Shown piece by piece: positions 46,876 to 57,431 of a stretch of 64,000 nt of DNA. The notes under the pieces were generated by a model. It was not told the DNA's origin and made no database searches. It was given only the letters and a program-made list of their open reading frames with translations. The first letter of the stretch is position 1. Each line of letters opens with the position of its first letter. The position numbers and the translations under genes were made by a program. This DNA comes from a virus (Duplodnaviria; Heunggongvirae; Uroviricota; Caudoviricetes). The stretch lies in IMG/VR virus record IMGVR_UViG_3300033076_001232, positions 78,435 to 142,434 of that record. One strand, 5' to 3'.

Positions 46876-49371
46876 ATGTTTGTAATAAAAAGAGACGGTT
46901 CTAAAGAACCAGTTAGGTTTGAAAAAGTTTCAAATAGAATCAAAAAGATGACTTATGGGCTAAACCCAGATCATATTGATTCAATGGAGATAGCTCAGAA
47001 AGTTATAGCTGGTATTTATGACGGCATTTCGACGCAGGAGTTAGATAATCTTGCTGCAGAAACAGCAGCATCGCTTATACCTAAGCATCCGGACTACTCT
47101 ATTCTGGCTTCTAGAATAGCAGTTTCTAGACTACATAAAACAACAAAAAAGAAGTTTTCTGAAACCATCCACGATCTTTATAGTTACGTTGATCCTGAAA
47201 CTAATTTACCAGCTGGTCTAATCAACGACGAGACATACAAGACAGTAATGAAAAACAAGCAGAAGCTTGATGGGGCAGTTATCCACGAGAGAGATTTTGA
47301 TTTTGAGTACTTCGGATTTAAAACTTTGGAAAAAAGCTACCTATTAAAAACTTACGGTCAGACAACAGAAACACCCCAGCACATGTATATGAGAGTTGCT
47401 GTTGGAATTTGGGGAGATGATATGAAGAATGTAATTAAAACATATGAGCTTCTATCCAATCATCTTATGACTCATGCAACCCCAACATTATTTAATGCTG
47501 GAACTAAGAAACCTCAGCTCTCTTCTTGTTTTCTTTTGATGATGTCCGATGATTCAATTCCTGGAATTTATAAGACCTTGTCTGATGTTGCTGTCATTTC
47601 TCAAAATGCCGGTGGTATTGGACTTGCTATTCACAACGTAAGAAGTACTGGTTCTTATATCAAAGGAACAAACGGAACTTCAAATGGTATCGTACCTATG
47701 CTTAAGGTTTTCAACGAAACAGCAAGATATGTCGATCAGGGAGGGGGAAAAAGAAAAGGGTCTTTTGCTATCTACGTAGAACCATGGCATGCTGACATTG
47801 AAGATTTCTTGGACTTGAGAAAAAATACAGGAAAGGAAGAACTTCGTGCAAGAGATCTTTTCTTGGCTTTGTGGACTCCTGACTTATTTATGAAAAGAGT
47901 TAAAGAAAATGGGGATTGGTCGCTATTTTCCCCTTCAGATGTTCCTGGATTATGGGAGCTTTACGGCGATGATTTTGAACTTGCATATGAGAAAGCTGAG
48001 CTATCTGGTAAAGCAAGAAAAACTATTAAAGCTAGAGATCTTTGGACTAAGATCATAGATTCTCAAATAGAAACAGGAACTCCTTATATGCTTTATAAGG
48101 ATGCTGCCAACAAGAAATCAAACCAGCAAAATCTAGGAACGATAAAGAGTTCAAATCTATGTACTGAAATATTGGAGTATACGGATAAGGACGAGCAAGC
48201 AGTTTGTAACTTGGCTTCTATCCCGGTTAACAAGTTTTTGAAATCTACAGATAATAGAACATCTAAAGTTGCAAGAGGAAAATGTGAAGTTGATCATAAA
48301 TCTCTTTATGATGTTGCTTACCAGACAACACTTAACTTAAATAAGGTAATCGAGGTTAATTACTATCCTACTAAGGAGACAGAAAGATCTAACATGAAGC
48401 ACCGTCCTATCGGAATTGGTATCCAAGGTTTAGCAGATCTTTTTGCTATTATGGGACTTCCTTTTACCTCTCTTGAAGCTAAGAAGATTAACGAAGAGGT
48501 ATTCGAGACAATCTACTTTGCATCCATGACCGCATCTGTAGATCTTGCTAAAAAGGAGGGTCATTATGAATCATTCCCTGGATCTCCACTATCTAAGGGT
48601 CAATTCCAATTTAATCTCTGGGGATTTGATGACACAACTCTTTCAGGAAGATGGGACTGGGCTAAATTGAGAAAGGATGTAATGAAGCACGGTGCTAGAA
48701 ACTCCCTTTTATTAGCTCCAATGCCGACTGCTTCTACTGCCCAGATTATGGGCAACAACGAAGCATTCGAGCCTTTTACTTCTAACATCTACACTAGAAG
48801 AACACTAAGTGGTGAATTTATCATAGTAAACAAACACCTAGTTAGAGATTTGATAGCTATTGATCTTTGGGATGAGGATATGAAAAATATGATCATCTTA
48901 AATAAGGGATCTGTTCAGAATATCCAGCAAATACCTGAATCGATAAGAGAAACATATAAGACTGTCTGGGAGATAAAGCAAAAAGATCTAATTGACATGT
49001 CTGCAGGTAGAGGTAAATTTATTTGCCAATCTCAATCTTTAAATCTATTTATTGAGAATGTAAATGCAGCAAAATTAACATCCGCTCATTTCCATTCATG
49101 GGAGCTTGGTCTTAAAACCGGTATGTACTACCTAAGAACTAAATCTGCTGTTGATGCAATTGCAGGTTTAGGTATGGATATGGAAAAAGCTAAGAAGTCT
49201 TTGAAAAATTCAGAAGAAAAAGTTACTTTACAACAAAAAGAAAATACTGAAGAGAAGATAGATAAGATGGGCATGACCAGCGAAGAACTAAGTAAGGCAG
49301 CAGAAAATATGATGTCTGATATAGTTTGTAGCTTGGATAATCCAGACGATTGTTTGGCTTGCGGATCATAA
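46876..49371 (+). CDS. nrdA: Ribonucleotide reductase class Ia alpha subunit with ATP cone
   Basis: VIKRDG ATP cone, TPTLFNAGT, SSCF, SNLCTEI, CNLAS, APMPTAST, KTGMYYLR and C-terminal CLACGS. Confidence 0.96.
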   Translation: MFVIKRDGSKEPVRFEKVSNRIKKMTYGLNPDHIDSMEIAQKVIAGIYDGISTQELDNLAAETAASLIPKHPDYSILASRIAVSRLHKTTKKKFSETIHDLYSYVDPETNLPAGLINDETYKTVMKNKQKLDGAVIHERDFDFEYFGFKTLEKSYLLKTYGQTTETPQHMYMRVAVGIWGDDMKNVIKTYELLSNHLMTHATPTLFNAGTKKPQLSSCFLLMMSDDSIPGIYKTLSDVAVISQNAGGIGLAIHNVRSTGSYIKGTNGTSNGIVPMLKVFNETARYVDQGGGKRKGSFAIYVEPWHADIEDFLDLRKNTGKEELRARDLFLALWTPDLFMKRVKENGDWSLFSPSDVPGLWELYGDDFELAYEKAELSGKARKTIKARDLWTKIIDSQIETGTPYMLYKDAANKKSNQQNLGTIKSSNLCTEILEYTDKDEQAVCNLASIPVNKFLKSTDNRTSKVARGKCEVDHKSLYDVAYQTTLNLNKVIEVNYYPTKETERSNMKHRPIGIGIQGLADLFAIMGLPFTSLEAKKINEEVFETIYFASMTASVDLAKKEGHYESFPGSPLSKGQFQFNLWGFDDTTLSGRWDWAKLRKDVMKHGARNSLLLAPMPTASTAQIMGNNEAFEPFTSNIYTRRTLSGEFIIVNKHLVRDLIAIDLWDEDMKNMIILNKGSVQNIQQIPESIRETYKTVWEIKQKDLIDMSAGRGKFICQSQSLNLFIENVNAAKLTSAHFHSWELGLKTGMYYLRTKSAVDAIAGLGMDMEKAKKSLKNSEEKVTLQQKENTEEKIDKMGMTSEELSKAAENMMSDIVCSLDNPDDCLACGS

Positions 49372-49386
49372 AGACTTTTAAACCAT

Positions 49387-50013
49387 ATGGAGACATTAAA
49401 ATATTTTAACCAATTTTTAAATGAACGAGAACTTCCCGATAGCCAAGGGGAAGTTCTTGTTATTTTAGGGGCACCCGGATCAGGGAAGGGAACCTTATCT
49501 AAGGTACTTCAGGACGAATACGGAATCCACCACATTTCAACTGGGGATCTTATAAGAAAATCAGAAGATGAAGAACTTAAAAAGATTATCGAGGGTGGTA
49601 ATCTAGTCCCAGATTCGATGATGGTAAAAATGCTTAATAAAGAGCTGGAAAAAATAGACGTTGCAAAGGGTATTATTTTTGACGGATTTCCTAGAACAAT
49701 TAAGCAAGCTAAAAAATTAGATTCCATTTTGGGTAAAATGGGATTGGGATTAAATCATGCTATATTTTTAGATCTTGACGAAGAAACAGCTAAGGAAAGA
49801 ATTAGAGAAAGAGCTAAAAAGGAAGATCGTAAGGATGATACCAGCGATGAAATTATAGAGAATAGATTTAAAGAATATCACGATAAAACTTTTCCTCTTT
49901 TAGATTTCTATAAGAGAAGTAGGAAACTTTTAAAGATAGATGCAGAAGGTGGTAAGGATAAGGTTCTAGCATCAGTGGTAGAAAAGTTAGGTCTCAAGAA
50001 GAAAAAGAATTAA
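49387..50013 (+). CDS. adk: Adenylate kinase (short LID) with N-terminal capsid-targeting-like extension
   Basis: GAPGSGKGT, HISTGDL, GNLVPD, FDGFPRT and RKDD; extension METLKYFNQFLNE. Confidence 0.9.
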   Translation: METLKYFNQFLNERELPDSQGEVLVILGAPGSGKGTLSKVLQDEYGIHHISTGDLIRKSEDEELKKIIEGGNLVPDSMMVKMLNKELEKIDVAKGIIFDGFPRTIKQAKKLDSILGKMGLGLNHAIFLDLDEETAKERIRERAKKEDRKDDTSDEIIENRFKEYHDKTFPLLDFYKRSRKLLKIDAEGGKDKVLASVVEKLGLKKKKN

Positions 50014-50032
50014 ATTTTCTAAAATCAAGCAA

Positions 50033-50671
50033 ATGAACACTACTAGTGGAGATTTTGTAAACTCAGTAAGAGAGATTATAAACAAGAAAAAAAATGACGA
50101 GTCTCGGAGAAGATCAATTCTAAGGGAAATATTAGAAACGATATTAGAGACTCTTAAAAAATCGGATAAAGTCGAGATAAGAAGTACTAAAGACTTCGAA
50201 ACTAATGACATTTCTTATTCAACCAATCTTTATTTAGATTCAGAGGACATCATCTCTGATTTTAAATCAATATTAGAAAAATCTGGTATTAATCTCATAG
50301 AAAATAAGATAGACAATAAAAATTTTGTTTATCTAGCAAATCTAGGTAGATCTATATTATCTAATTCCAATTCTGACAGCCTCTGCTTTATAGAGTTAAA
50401 AATTACCGGGAAGTATTTTTTTTCTTTAAGAATCATTTCAAAAAATGATCCCATTAGTTATAGAATATATGAGACTAATTACTTCTATCTGAAACTTTGG
50501 TTCTTTGATGGCTCAAATTTCACTAATCACGAGGTTCAAATTTTAACTCCCGATAGGTCTAAGAAAAAAATGAAGACCGATTTAAATGGAGCACACACTC
50601 TTAACATTAATTTTGATGATCTTGGAGAGATAGTGGATACAAATATTTCTAAAAAAAGAGGAGCAAAATAG
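50033..50671 (+). CDS. Hypothetical protein, weak HU/IHF-like N-terminus
   Basis: 212 aa; ILETILETLKKSDKVEIRSTKDF. Confidence 0.5.
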   Translation: MNTTSGDFVNSVREIINKKKNDESRRRSILREILETILETLKKSDKVEIRSTKDFETNDISYSTNLYLDSEDIISDFKSILEKSGINLIENKIDNKNFVYLANLGRSILSNSNSDSLCFIELKITGKYFFSLRIISKNDPISYRIYETNYFYLKLWFFDGSNFTNHEVQILTPDRSKKKMKTDLNGAHTLNINFDDLGEIVDTNISKKRGAK

Positions 50672-50711
50672 GATAACCAGGATATAATACAAAACAGATA
50701 AACCAATCACA

Positions 50712-51992
50712 ATGTCAAAAACCAAAATGCAAAAGAAAAAACCGGTACCGATGAAAAGTTTAATCTCTCCGGTTATTCCTAAGACTACATCTAATCCAGG
50801 AGAGCAAACTATTAGCTTATGTCTTGTCATGATTGTAAAAGACGAGGAAGACACGATGGAAAGATGTCTTAGAGCAGTAGCTCCATATATAAAATACTGG
50901 GTAATAGTAGACACAGGGTCTAAGGATAAAACGAAGGAGGTAATCACTTCAACTATGGAAGACTTAGGTATTCCGGGAGAACTTCACGAGAGACCATGGG
51001 TAAACTTCGAGGTTAACAGGACGGAAAGCTTAAACCTAGCTAAAGGTAAATGTGATTACAGATGGATCATTGATGCGGATGATACTTTTTTCTCAGAAAC
51101 ATCCTCGATCAATCCTTTTGCTGGACTTGATACAACTCCTGATTGTTATCAGCTTCTTTATAAGTTAAATCAGTTACAATATCACAGAGCACAAATCGTT
51201 AAATCCAATCAGAATTGGATCTATAAGGGGGTTCTTCACGAATACTTATTCCTGGATGAGGAAAAAGTAGAGGTAATTCAATCCCCGATTAAGGGATGCT
51301 ACGTTATGGCAGATATCTCACCTCTAAAAAGAGCATCAAGTCTGGAAGAAAAATACGCTAACGATGCTAAAATATTAGAGGACGCTTTGGTAAAGGAACC
51401 GGACAATGAGAGGTATATGTTCTATCTGGCTCAGAGTTACCGTGATTCAAACCAATTAGAAAAAGCTATCGAGACATATCAGAAGAGAGTTGATATGAAA
51501 GGCTGGGAGGAAGAAGTCTATTATTCGATGTACATGATAGCAAAGATTAGCGAGAGAATGGGTAAGTCAGATTCTGAAGTAATCGATCTATATTCCAGAG
51601 CTTGGGAATATCGACCAGCAAGATTAGAGGCAGTTTTCCATACAATGAGAAAGCTTAGAGATCAGGGAAGACATTTAATTTCATTCGCTTATGGAGACAT
51701 AGCAATTAAAACTAAAGGTACAGGTGATATCCTTTTCATCGAGCCAGAAATATGGCAATGGAGACTTTTGGATGAGTATTCCTTGGCTGCTTATTACATC
51801 GGAAATCCGGAGATAGCTCTAGAGAAAACAACCACTATAGTTCAAGCTCCTTTCTTTAAGGATATTCTACCGGAAGAACAGAAAAGACTTCATAAGAATG
51901 TAGAGTTCTACAAGAAGGGTGCAGAAGAGAAAATGAAGAAAATTCGACATATGCAAGAACTCCAAAAACTCCAGAATTTAAAGAAGGTGTAG
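50712..51992 (+). CDS. GT2-family glycosyltransferase with TPR repeats
   Basis: SLCLVMIVKDEE, VDTGSKD, IDADD (DxD) and GVLHEY; TPR segment RYMFYLAQSY...EEVYYS. Confidence 0.85.
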   Translation: MSKTKMQKKKPVPMKSLISPVIPKTTSNPGEQTISLCLVMIVKDEEDTMERCLRAVAPYIKYWVIVDTGSKDKTKEVITSTMEDLGIPGELHERPWVNFEVNRTESLNLAKGKCDYRWIIDADDTFFSETSSINPFAGLDTTPDCYQLLYKLNQLQYHRAQIVKSNQNWIYKGVLHEYLFLDEEKVEVIQSPIKGCYVMADISPLKRASSLEEKYANDAKILEDALVKEPDNERYMFYLAQSYRDSNQLEKAIETYQKRVDMKGWEEEVYYSMYMIAKISERMGKSDSEVIDLYSRAWEYRPARLEAVFHTMRKLRDQGRHLISFAYGDIAIKTKGTGDILFIEPEIWQWRLLDEYSLAAYYIGNPEIALEKTTTIVQAPFFKDILPEEQKRLHKNVEFYKKGAEEKMKKIRHMQELQKLQNLKKV

Positions 51993-51994
51993 TG

Positions 51995-52011
51995 GATATA
52001 TACTATAAATA
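51995..52011 (+). promoter_or_regulatory. GATATATA plus TATAAATA late promoter motifs
   Basis: GATATATA 51995-52002 and TATAAATA 52004-52011, before ATG 52024. Confidence 0.65.
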
Positions 52012-52023
52012 AAATAGTATACA

Positions 52024-52578
52024 ATGATACATCTTTTAGAATTTGAAGCATTCTCTGGTTTTTATCTTAATGAGAATGATATTAGAGGTGGTATTCCTAT
52101 CTATAACGAAGACGTTTTCATGCAGAGCAATAACGCAAAGCCTGCCATGATGGTTAAGTCAACTGAACTTGTTTCCACTCTAACTAGATTATTGGAGGAT
52201 CAAGAGAATGGAGATTTAGAAAGAATCATCGTTATCGCTGAAATCCCAACCCAAGGTAAAAATGCTCCTCAGTATGTAAGAGACGACGTTGCAGCAGAAA
52301 GAGATAGAATGGCTAAAAGAAAATACGCTCTATATGGGAGCAGAATAGAAAGAGCGGATAGACCTGAGGATGAGGAATACACTGACGCTATTAATATTTT
52401 CGTTGATTCCGAATTTATTGTTAAGGGTGTAATCAATAAATTAGGTAAAGACTATATTATAGCAATTCCTGACTCTAAGAAGAAGAAAGCTGAAGCTAGT
52501 GCTTCCGCTATGGAATACTACACAGTTTACATCGAGCCTAAACAGGTAGATGAGGTATTTTTTGTACCTTCAAAATAA
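52024..52578 (+). CDS. Putative internal head protein with capsid-targeting-like leader
   Basis: Starts MIHLLEFEAFSGFYLNE; has its own promoter motif and terminator. Confidence 0.6.
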   Translation: MIHLLEFEAFSGFYLNENDIRGGIPIYNEDVFMQSNNAKPAMMVKSTELVSTLTRLLEDQENGDLERIIVIAEIPTQGKNAPQYVRDDVAAERDRMAKRKYALYGSRIERADRPEDEEYTDAINIFVDSEFIVKGVINKLGKDYIIAIPDSKKKKAEASASAMEYYTVYIEPKQVDEVFFVPSK

Positions 52579-52596
52579 ACTAAACGAAACATAAAT

Positions 52597-52628
52597 AAAA
52601 AGCCTCGATATTATTATCGGGGCTTTTT
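52597..52628 (+). terminator. Rho-independent terminator
   Basis: AAAAAGCCTCGATA / TATCGGGGCTTTTT stem with one G-U pair. Confidence 0.75.
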
Positions 52629-52638
52629 ATTTGACCGT

Positions 52639-52818
52639 ATGATAGAAATAAGATTTAGGGATATAGATCCGGACACAGGGTTAACATCACAAGATAAACA
52701 AATAGCATTGTGTGAATCGGAAACTTCAGCAGCATGGATTCTACAAGCTTTAAATAAACTCCAATTAGATCTTCCCGATCCCAATAGAGAAATTTACACA
52801 ATTCCAGAAATAAAATAA
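52639..52818 (+). CDS. Small hypothetical protein; absent from the ORF track
   Basis: 59 aa MIEIRFRDIDPDTGLTSQDK...; its TAA overlaps the topoisomerase ATG (TAATG). Confidence 0.55.
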   Translation: MIEIRFRDIDPDTGLTSQDKQIALCESETSAAWILQALNKLQLDLPDPNREIYTIPEIK

Positions 52819-54611
52819 TGGCTACTAGTAAGGTAAACAAAACAATTGAGGTACTAACAGACTTCGAACACATTATCAAAAGACCAACAATGTACGTTGG
52901 ATCTGTTAAGAGAAGCGAAGAGGTTGTTCCGATTATAGGCGATGGATTCATCAAGTCAGTAACCAAAGAGCATTCGGTTGGAATGTATAAACTCTTTGAT
53001 GAGGTTTTCGCAAACTCCGTAGATGAAGCTAAAAGAATGCAAACCCCCATGAAAAAAATAATAGTGGAGGTTTCATCTAAGGAAAATTCAATTGCAATCA
53101 CGGATACTGGAGATGGGTTTACTAATGGATCGGTCATAAATAAAAAGAGTGGGATGAGCAATATCGAAACCGCTGTATCCATGTTGAGAGCGGGATCCAA
53201 TTTTGATAATGATAACATCGACGAATCCATAGTTGGTACTAATGGTATGGGGGTAAGTCTTGTAAATGCACTCTCCTATAAATTTTCAATAGAGACAACA
53301 AACAGTAAGGAAACGTACTCTCAAGAGTGGGACAATTTCAAATCATCAAAGCCCACCATAAAAAATAAAACAAAAAGTAAGTCTACTGGAACTACTGTAA
53401 GATTTACACCTAATTCTAGCGTTTTTGATAATTCTAAATGGGACTATGCAACAATTAGAACTTATCTTTGTCTGAGAAAGAGAGTACTCGAAACAGAGGA
53501 AAAAACTTCACAACTTAAAATCGAATTTATCTGGGATGGAAAAAATGAGATGATCACATCGGAGCTTAATCCGGATTGGTCTGCAAAAACATCTATAGGT
53601 GAATTGTTAATCTGGGAAAAGAAAACCGATTCAGGATCTTTCTCTTTTGTAAATAGTGCACTTTGCACAGGTATCCACCAGAAGATAGTTTACGATAAGA
53701 TTAATGGAGAATTGGAGGATTCACTCGGACACCATTTTTATGACACCTTACTCATTCTAAACCTATCCCCGAAGATAGTGAGATTCGGTGACCAGAATAA
53801 GACAAAGTTTGTTTCTAAGAGAGAGGAGGTAGAACCTACCATAATAAGGAATTTCGATAGTGCTCTAGGTAAGTTTTTCCGTAGTGAGGTCTATAAGAAA
53901 ATCAGAAAATCCGTAGACGATCGAAAAAAAGAGACTGCCCTTAAAAAAATAAGAAAGGAGAAAAAATCGATCAGAATAAAACACTCCAATAAATACTTTC
54001 CACCAACAGCCGGTAGAGCAGAGAATCTTTTTATAGTAGAAGGACTCAGTGCGATGGGTTCGATCCTTCAAAAAAGAGATCCTAAAAAAGATGGGGTTTA
54101 TGCTCTAAAGGGTAAAATAAAAAATGCCAGAAGTTTATCCGATCTTTCTGATAACAGAGAAATACTGGAGCTGATGCAGATTTTAAATTTGGATCCTGCA
54201 GATCGATCATTAAACTGTCCATTCGAAAGAGTAGTTATAGCAACGGATCAGGATCCCGATGGTGCACACATTACATCTCTTTTAATAAACCTATTCTATA
54301 TGTGGTTCCCTTGGATGATCAAAGAGGGAAGAGTTAGCTTCCTTGAAACTCCACTGGTAACTGTCGGTGATAGAACTAAAAGATATTTTTATTCACTGGA
54401 AGAATTCAAAAAGGGTGTAACCAAAAGCGAACGCGGTGCTATTCGATACTTAAAAGGACTCGGTTCTTTGTCTCTAGAAGACTGGGATCATGTTATGAAA
54501 AATAAGAGGATAATAGCTATCAAGGACGACACTAAAGCCAAGATCCATCTAGATATGGCTTTTGGTAAATCGTCAGCAGAAAGAAAGAAGTGGCTGAGCA
54601 CTGGGATGTAA
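52818..54611 (+). CDS. Type II topoisomerase ATPase+TOPRIM subunit (T4 gp39+60 / GyrB-like)
   Basis: HIIKRPTMYVGS, EVFANSVDE, GTNGMGVSLVN, IVEGLSA, ATDQDPDGAHI and YLKGLGS. Confidence 0.92.
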   Translation: MATSKVNKTIEVLTDFEHIIKRPTMYVGSVKRSEEVVPIIGDGFIKSVTKEHSVGMYKLFDEVFANSVDEAKRMQTPMKKIIVEVSSKENSIAITDTGDGFTNGSVINKKSGMSNIETAVSMLRAGSNFDNDNIDESIVGTNGMGVSLVNALSYKFSIETTNSKETYSQEWDNFKSSKPTIKNKTKSKSTGTTVRFTPNSSVFDNSKWDYATIRTYLCLRKRVLETEEKTSQLKIEFIWDGKNEMITSELNPDWSAKTSIGELLIWEKKTDSGSFSFVNSALCTGIHQKIVYDKINGELEDSLGHHFYDTLLILNLSPKIVRFGDQNKTKFVSKREEVEPTIIRNFDSALGKFFRSEVYKKIRKSVDDRKKETALKKIRKEKKSIRIKHSNKYFPPTAGRAENLFIVEGLSAMGSILQKRDPKKDGVYALKGKIKNARSLSDLSDNREILELMQILNLDPADRSLNCPFERVVIATDQDPDGAHITSLLINLFYMWFPWMIKEGRVSFLETPLVTVGDRTKRYFYSLEEFKKGVTKSERGAIRYLKGLGSLSLEDWDHVMKNKRIIAIKDDTKAKIHLDMAFGKSSAERKKWLSTGM

Positions 54612-54647
54612 TTTTTAATCCTCGAATATCTACGTTACTTTTATACT

Positions 54648-54893
54648 ATGTCCGAAAAAAAATCAAGAATCCCAAGAAAAAAGAAAAAGCAAATTCCTGA
54701 AGGAATGTACTGCTATAAGCCAACCTCCGGATGGAAGAAGTTTCCGGATGGCCGATACGGGTACAGTATTAAGCCCTGTCCATTTTATCATCATAAATCT
54801 GACGGAATATTTGGAGGATGGTGTAAACTTATCGAAGGAGAGATAATGGATCAATGTAAATCATGTGGAGAAAAACTTGGAAAAATAAAATAG
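54648..54893 (+). CDS. Small Cys-rich (putative Zn-binding) protein
   Basis: IPEGMYCY...CPFY...WCKL...QCKSCG. Confidence 0.55.
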   Translation: MSEKKSRIPRKKKKQIPEGMYCYKPTSGWKKFPDGRYGYSIKPCPFYHHKSDGIFGGWCKLIEGEIMDQCKSCGEKLGKIK

Positions 54894-54894
54894 T

Positions 54895-55824
54895 ATGGAA
54901 AGAAGATATGGGTATTGTTGTATAAATCTTAGTTTGGACAAGGTCTCAACTAACAGAGGTATGGTTAAACGGACCTTTGAGGAAAGAGGGATCACGTATG
55001 CTTCGGAGTTGGCTCTCAGAAATGTAATTGATCTAAGACAAATTCTAGAATGGAACTTCGATAACGGGATAAGGATGTATAGAATGTCCAGTGATATATT
55101 TCCTTGGTGTTCAGAATACGAAATTAAGGATTTACCCGATTATGAAGCTATCCGGGACATTTTAAGGTCGTGTGGTAACTTTGCAAAAACAACGGGTCAG
55201 AGAATAACTTTCCATCCATCTCCTTACGGAGTTCTGGCTTCGGATAGACCAGAGGTAGTAAAAAAAGCTCTAAAAGAGATCGCACAGCACGCAGAGATCT
55301 TCGATATAATGGAATTAGATCAAAACCATTATTATCCGATTAACGTGCACGTAAACACAACTAAACCATCAAAAGAAGAGGCTGCAGAAAGATTCTGTTT
55401 GCACTTTCAGCTTTTACCTGACTCAGCAAAGAAAAGATTGGTATTAGAAGTGGATGATAAAAGATCACAGTTTCATTCCGTTGATCTATATGAAATGGTA
55501 CACAAAAAAATTGGTATCCCAGTAACTTTTGATTACTTACATAATCAGTGCAATCCACCAGAGGGCTTAACGGAGGAGGAGTCTTTAGGACTATGTCTTT
55601 CTACCTGGCCAGAAGGAATAACCCCAATAACACATTATTCCGATTCCAGAAGAATTTTCGAGGATTCCTCCGCAAAAGAGGTTGCTCATTCCGATTGGAT
55701 TTGGAAATCCCCCGAAACTTATGGTCTTGACTTTGATATAGAGTTTGAGGTTAAAATGAAAGATTTAGCTCTCATGAAATACATAAAAGAAAAAGAACTG
55801 CTATATGAGGTCAAAAAATTCTAA
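54895..55824 (+). CDS. uvsE: UV damage endonuclease
   Basis: GYCCIN, YRMSSDIFP, ITFHP, LEVDD, VTFDYLH, AHSD and FEVKMKD. Confidence 0.92.
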   Translation: MERRYGYCCINLSLDKVSTNRGMVKRTFEERGITYASELALRNVIDLRQILEWNFDNGIRMYRMSSDIFPWCSEYEIKDLPDYEAIRDILRSCGNFAKTTGQRITFHPSPYGVLASDRPEVVKKALKEIAQHAEIFDIMELDQNHYYPINVHVNTTKPSKEEAAERFCLHFQLLPDSAKKRLVLEVDDKRSQFHSVDLYEMVHKKIGIPVTFDYLHNQCNPPEGLTEEESLGLCLSTWPEGITPITHYSDSRRIFEDSSAKEVAHSDWIWKSPETYGLDFDIEFEVKMKDLALMKYIKEKELLYEVKKF

Positions 55825-56047
55825 AGAAATCGATGAGTTTGAGCAACAGATAAACAATCAAGACGTAAACTCACAGATTAAATACAGAGTAGATCGTGCT
55901 CTAGAAGCTTCCATTAAATATGATTATCTAGTAGAGACATTCGGGGAAGAGAAGGTTAATTCCATAGTAAAGGATTCTATCGATCTGTTCGATGTTGACT
56001 TTTACAATGAGGTAAAAGAAAAATTAGAATCAGGTAGAGATGTTTGA
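55805..56047 (+). CDS. Hypothetical protein
   Basis: 80 aa ORF overlapping both neighbours. Confidence 0.5.
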   Translation: MRSKNSKEIDEFEQQINNQDVNSQIKYRVDRALEASIKYDYLVETFGEEKVNSIVKDSIDLFDVDFYNEVKEKLESGRDV

Positions 56048-56396
56048 TGATAATGACGAGGAATTCGAGATGGAGAGAACTAGAGAACCACTTAAGCATC
56101 CCCAATACGATATTCTAAGAAATCACATAGAAAGATCCGTTCAGGATATGTTTCTTACCTCATTAAGAAGTCAGCCAATAGAGCTCGTTTTCATATTTGA
56201 GACTGAAGAACAGATAGACGGGTTTACCAATAGAATTCTAAAGTATTGGGAGAATCTGGAAAAATATGAGATCTGTTCCGAGGTAATTGAATTGAGCAAA
56301 CAGCTGAAAGATAAGTGGAAGGATCGGGATAACTTAGAAAAAACTGAAGGACTTCTTAGAATAAGAGACATCTTCAGATCCACTTTTAATGCTTAA
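56040..56396 (+). CDS. Hypothetical protein (UVR-like helix motif)
   Basis: 118 aa; WENLEKYEICSEV. Confidence 0.5.
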   Translation: MFDDNDEEFEMERTREPLKHPQYDILRNHIERSVQDMFLTSLRSQPIELVFIFETEEQIDGFTNRILKYWENLEKYEICSEVIELSKQLKDKWKDRDNLEKTEGLLRIRDIFRSTFNA

Positions 56397-56399
56397 ATC

Positions 56400-57431
56400 A
56401 TGACCGGAAAGGACTATTATAAAATTCTGGAAGTTAGTAAAAATGCTACTCCCGATGAGATAAAAAAAGCTTACAGAAAACTAGCACATAAGCATCACCC
56501 AGATAAGGCGGGTAATACTGATGGGGCCAAAGAGAAATTCCAGGAAATAGTGGAAGCATACGAGACTCTCTCTAACCCAGATAAGAAATCAGCTTATGAT
56601 AATCCATTTGCCAGAGCTGGACAGAACTGGAACTGGCAGAACGCAAATCCATTCCAAACTGGAGATTTTTCTAGTTTCTTCACAGGAAGGTCTCAGCAAA
56701 GAGAAACGATGATAAACAAGGGAAGAAATCTTAGCTCCTATGTTTCAGTTACTCTAGAGGAGATGATGACCGGATGTATTAAAAAAATTAGGGTAAACAG
56801 GAGAGTTCAGTGTGATCCATGTAAAGGTACTGGAGCTGAAAATGGAGAAACTATAGGATGTCACCACTGTGGTGGAATCGGTAAGGTTAACCGAACAGTC
56901 CAACATACCTTCGGAGAAATAGTTATGCAGGAAGATTGCTACAGCTGTAAAGGGAGCGGAGTAATTTCTAAAACTAACTGTAATAACTGCAGCGGATCCG
57001 GTTTAATAAGAAAAGAGGAAGAACTTGAAACCTCTATTCCCAAGGGATCGATAAGCGGGGTATCATATTTGGTTGTAGGTAAAGGAGACTGGGCAAAATC
57101 TCCAGCTAATCCTGGTGACTTAATTATAAACGTAGAGGAATATGCTCACGCAACATATAGAAGAGATGGAATAAATCTTATACACGATAAGTACCTTTCT
57201 TTTAAGGAGGCATGTTTGGGATCAACCCTAGACATTCCCGATCTTAAAGGTTCCACACTAAGAATAAAAATCCCTCCTGGTACTTCATCAGAGAAGGTTT
57301 TTAGATTACAAGGAAAAGGAATACCTGAATTTAATGGTATCGGAAATGGAGACATTTTGGTTAAGACCTATATAAGGATACCAAGCGATTTAAGTGAAGA
57401 ACAAATAAAAGCTTTAGAATTATTCGAATGA
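56400..57431 (+). CDS. dnaJ: DnaJ chaperone
   Basis: J-domain with HPD, four CxxCxGxG repeats and the C-terminal domain. Confidence 0.95.
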   Translation: MTGKDYYKILEVSKNATPDEIKKAYRKLAHKHHPDKAGNTDGAKEKFQEIVEAYETLSNPDKKSAYDNPFARAGQNWNWQNANPFQTGDFSSFFTGRSQQRETMINKGRNLSSYVSVTLEEMMTGCIKKIRVNRRVQCDPCKGTGAENGETIGCHHCGGIGKVNRTVQHTFGEIVMQEDCYSCKGSGVISKTNCNNCSGSGLIRKEEELETSIPKGSISGVSYLVVGKGDWAKSPANPGDLIINVEEYAHATYRRDGINLIHDKYLSFKEACLGSTLDIPDLKGSTLRIKIPPGTSSEKVFRLQGKGIPEFNGIGNGDILVKTYIRIPSDLSEEQIKALELFE

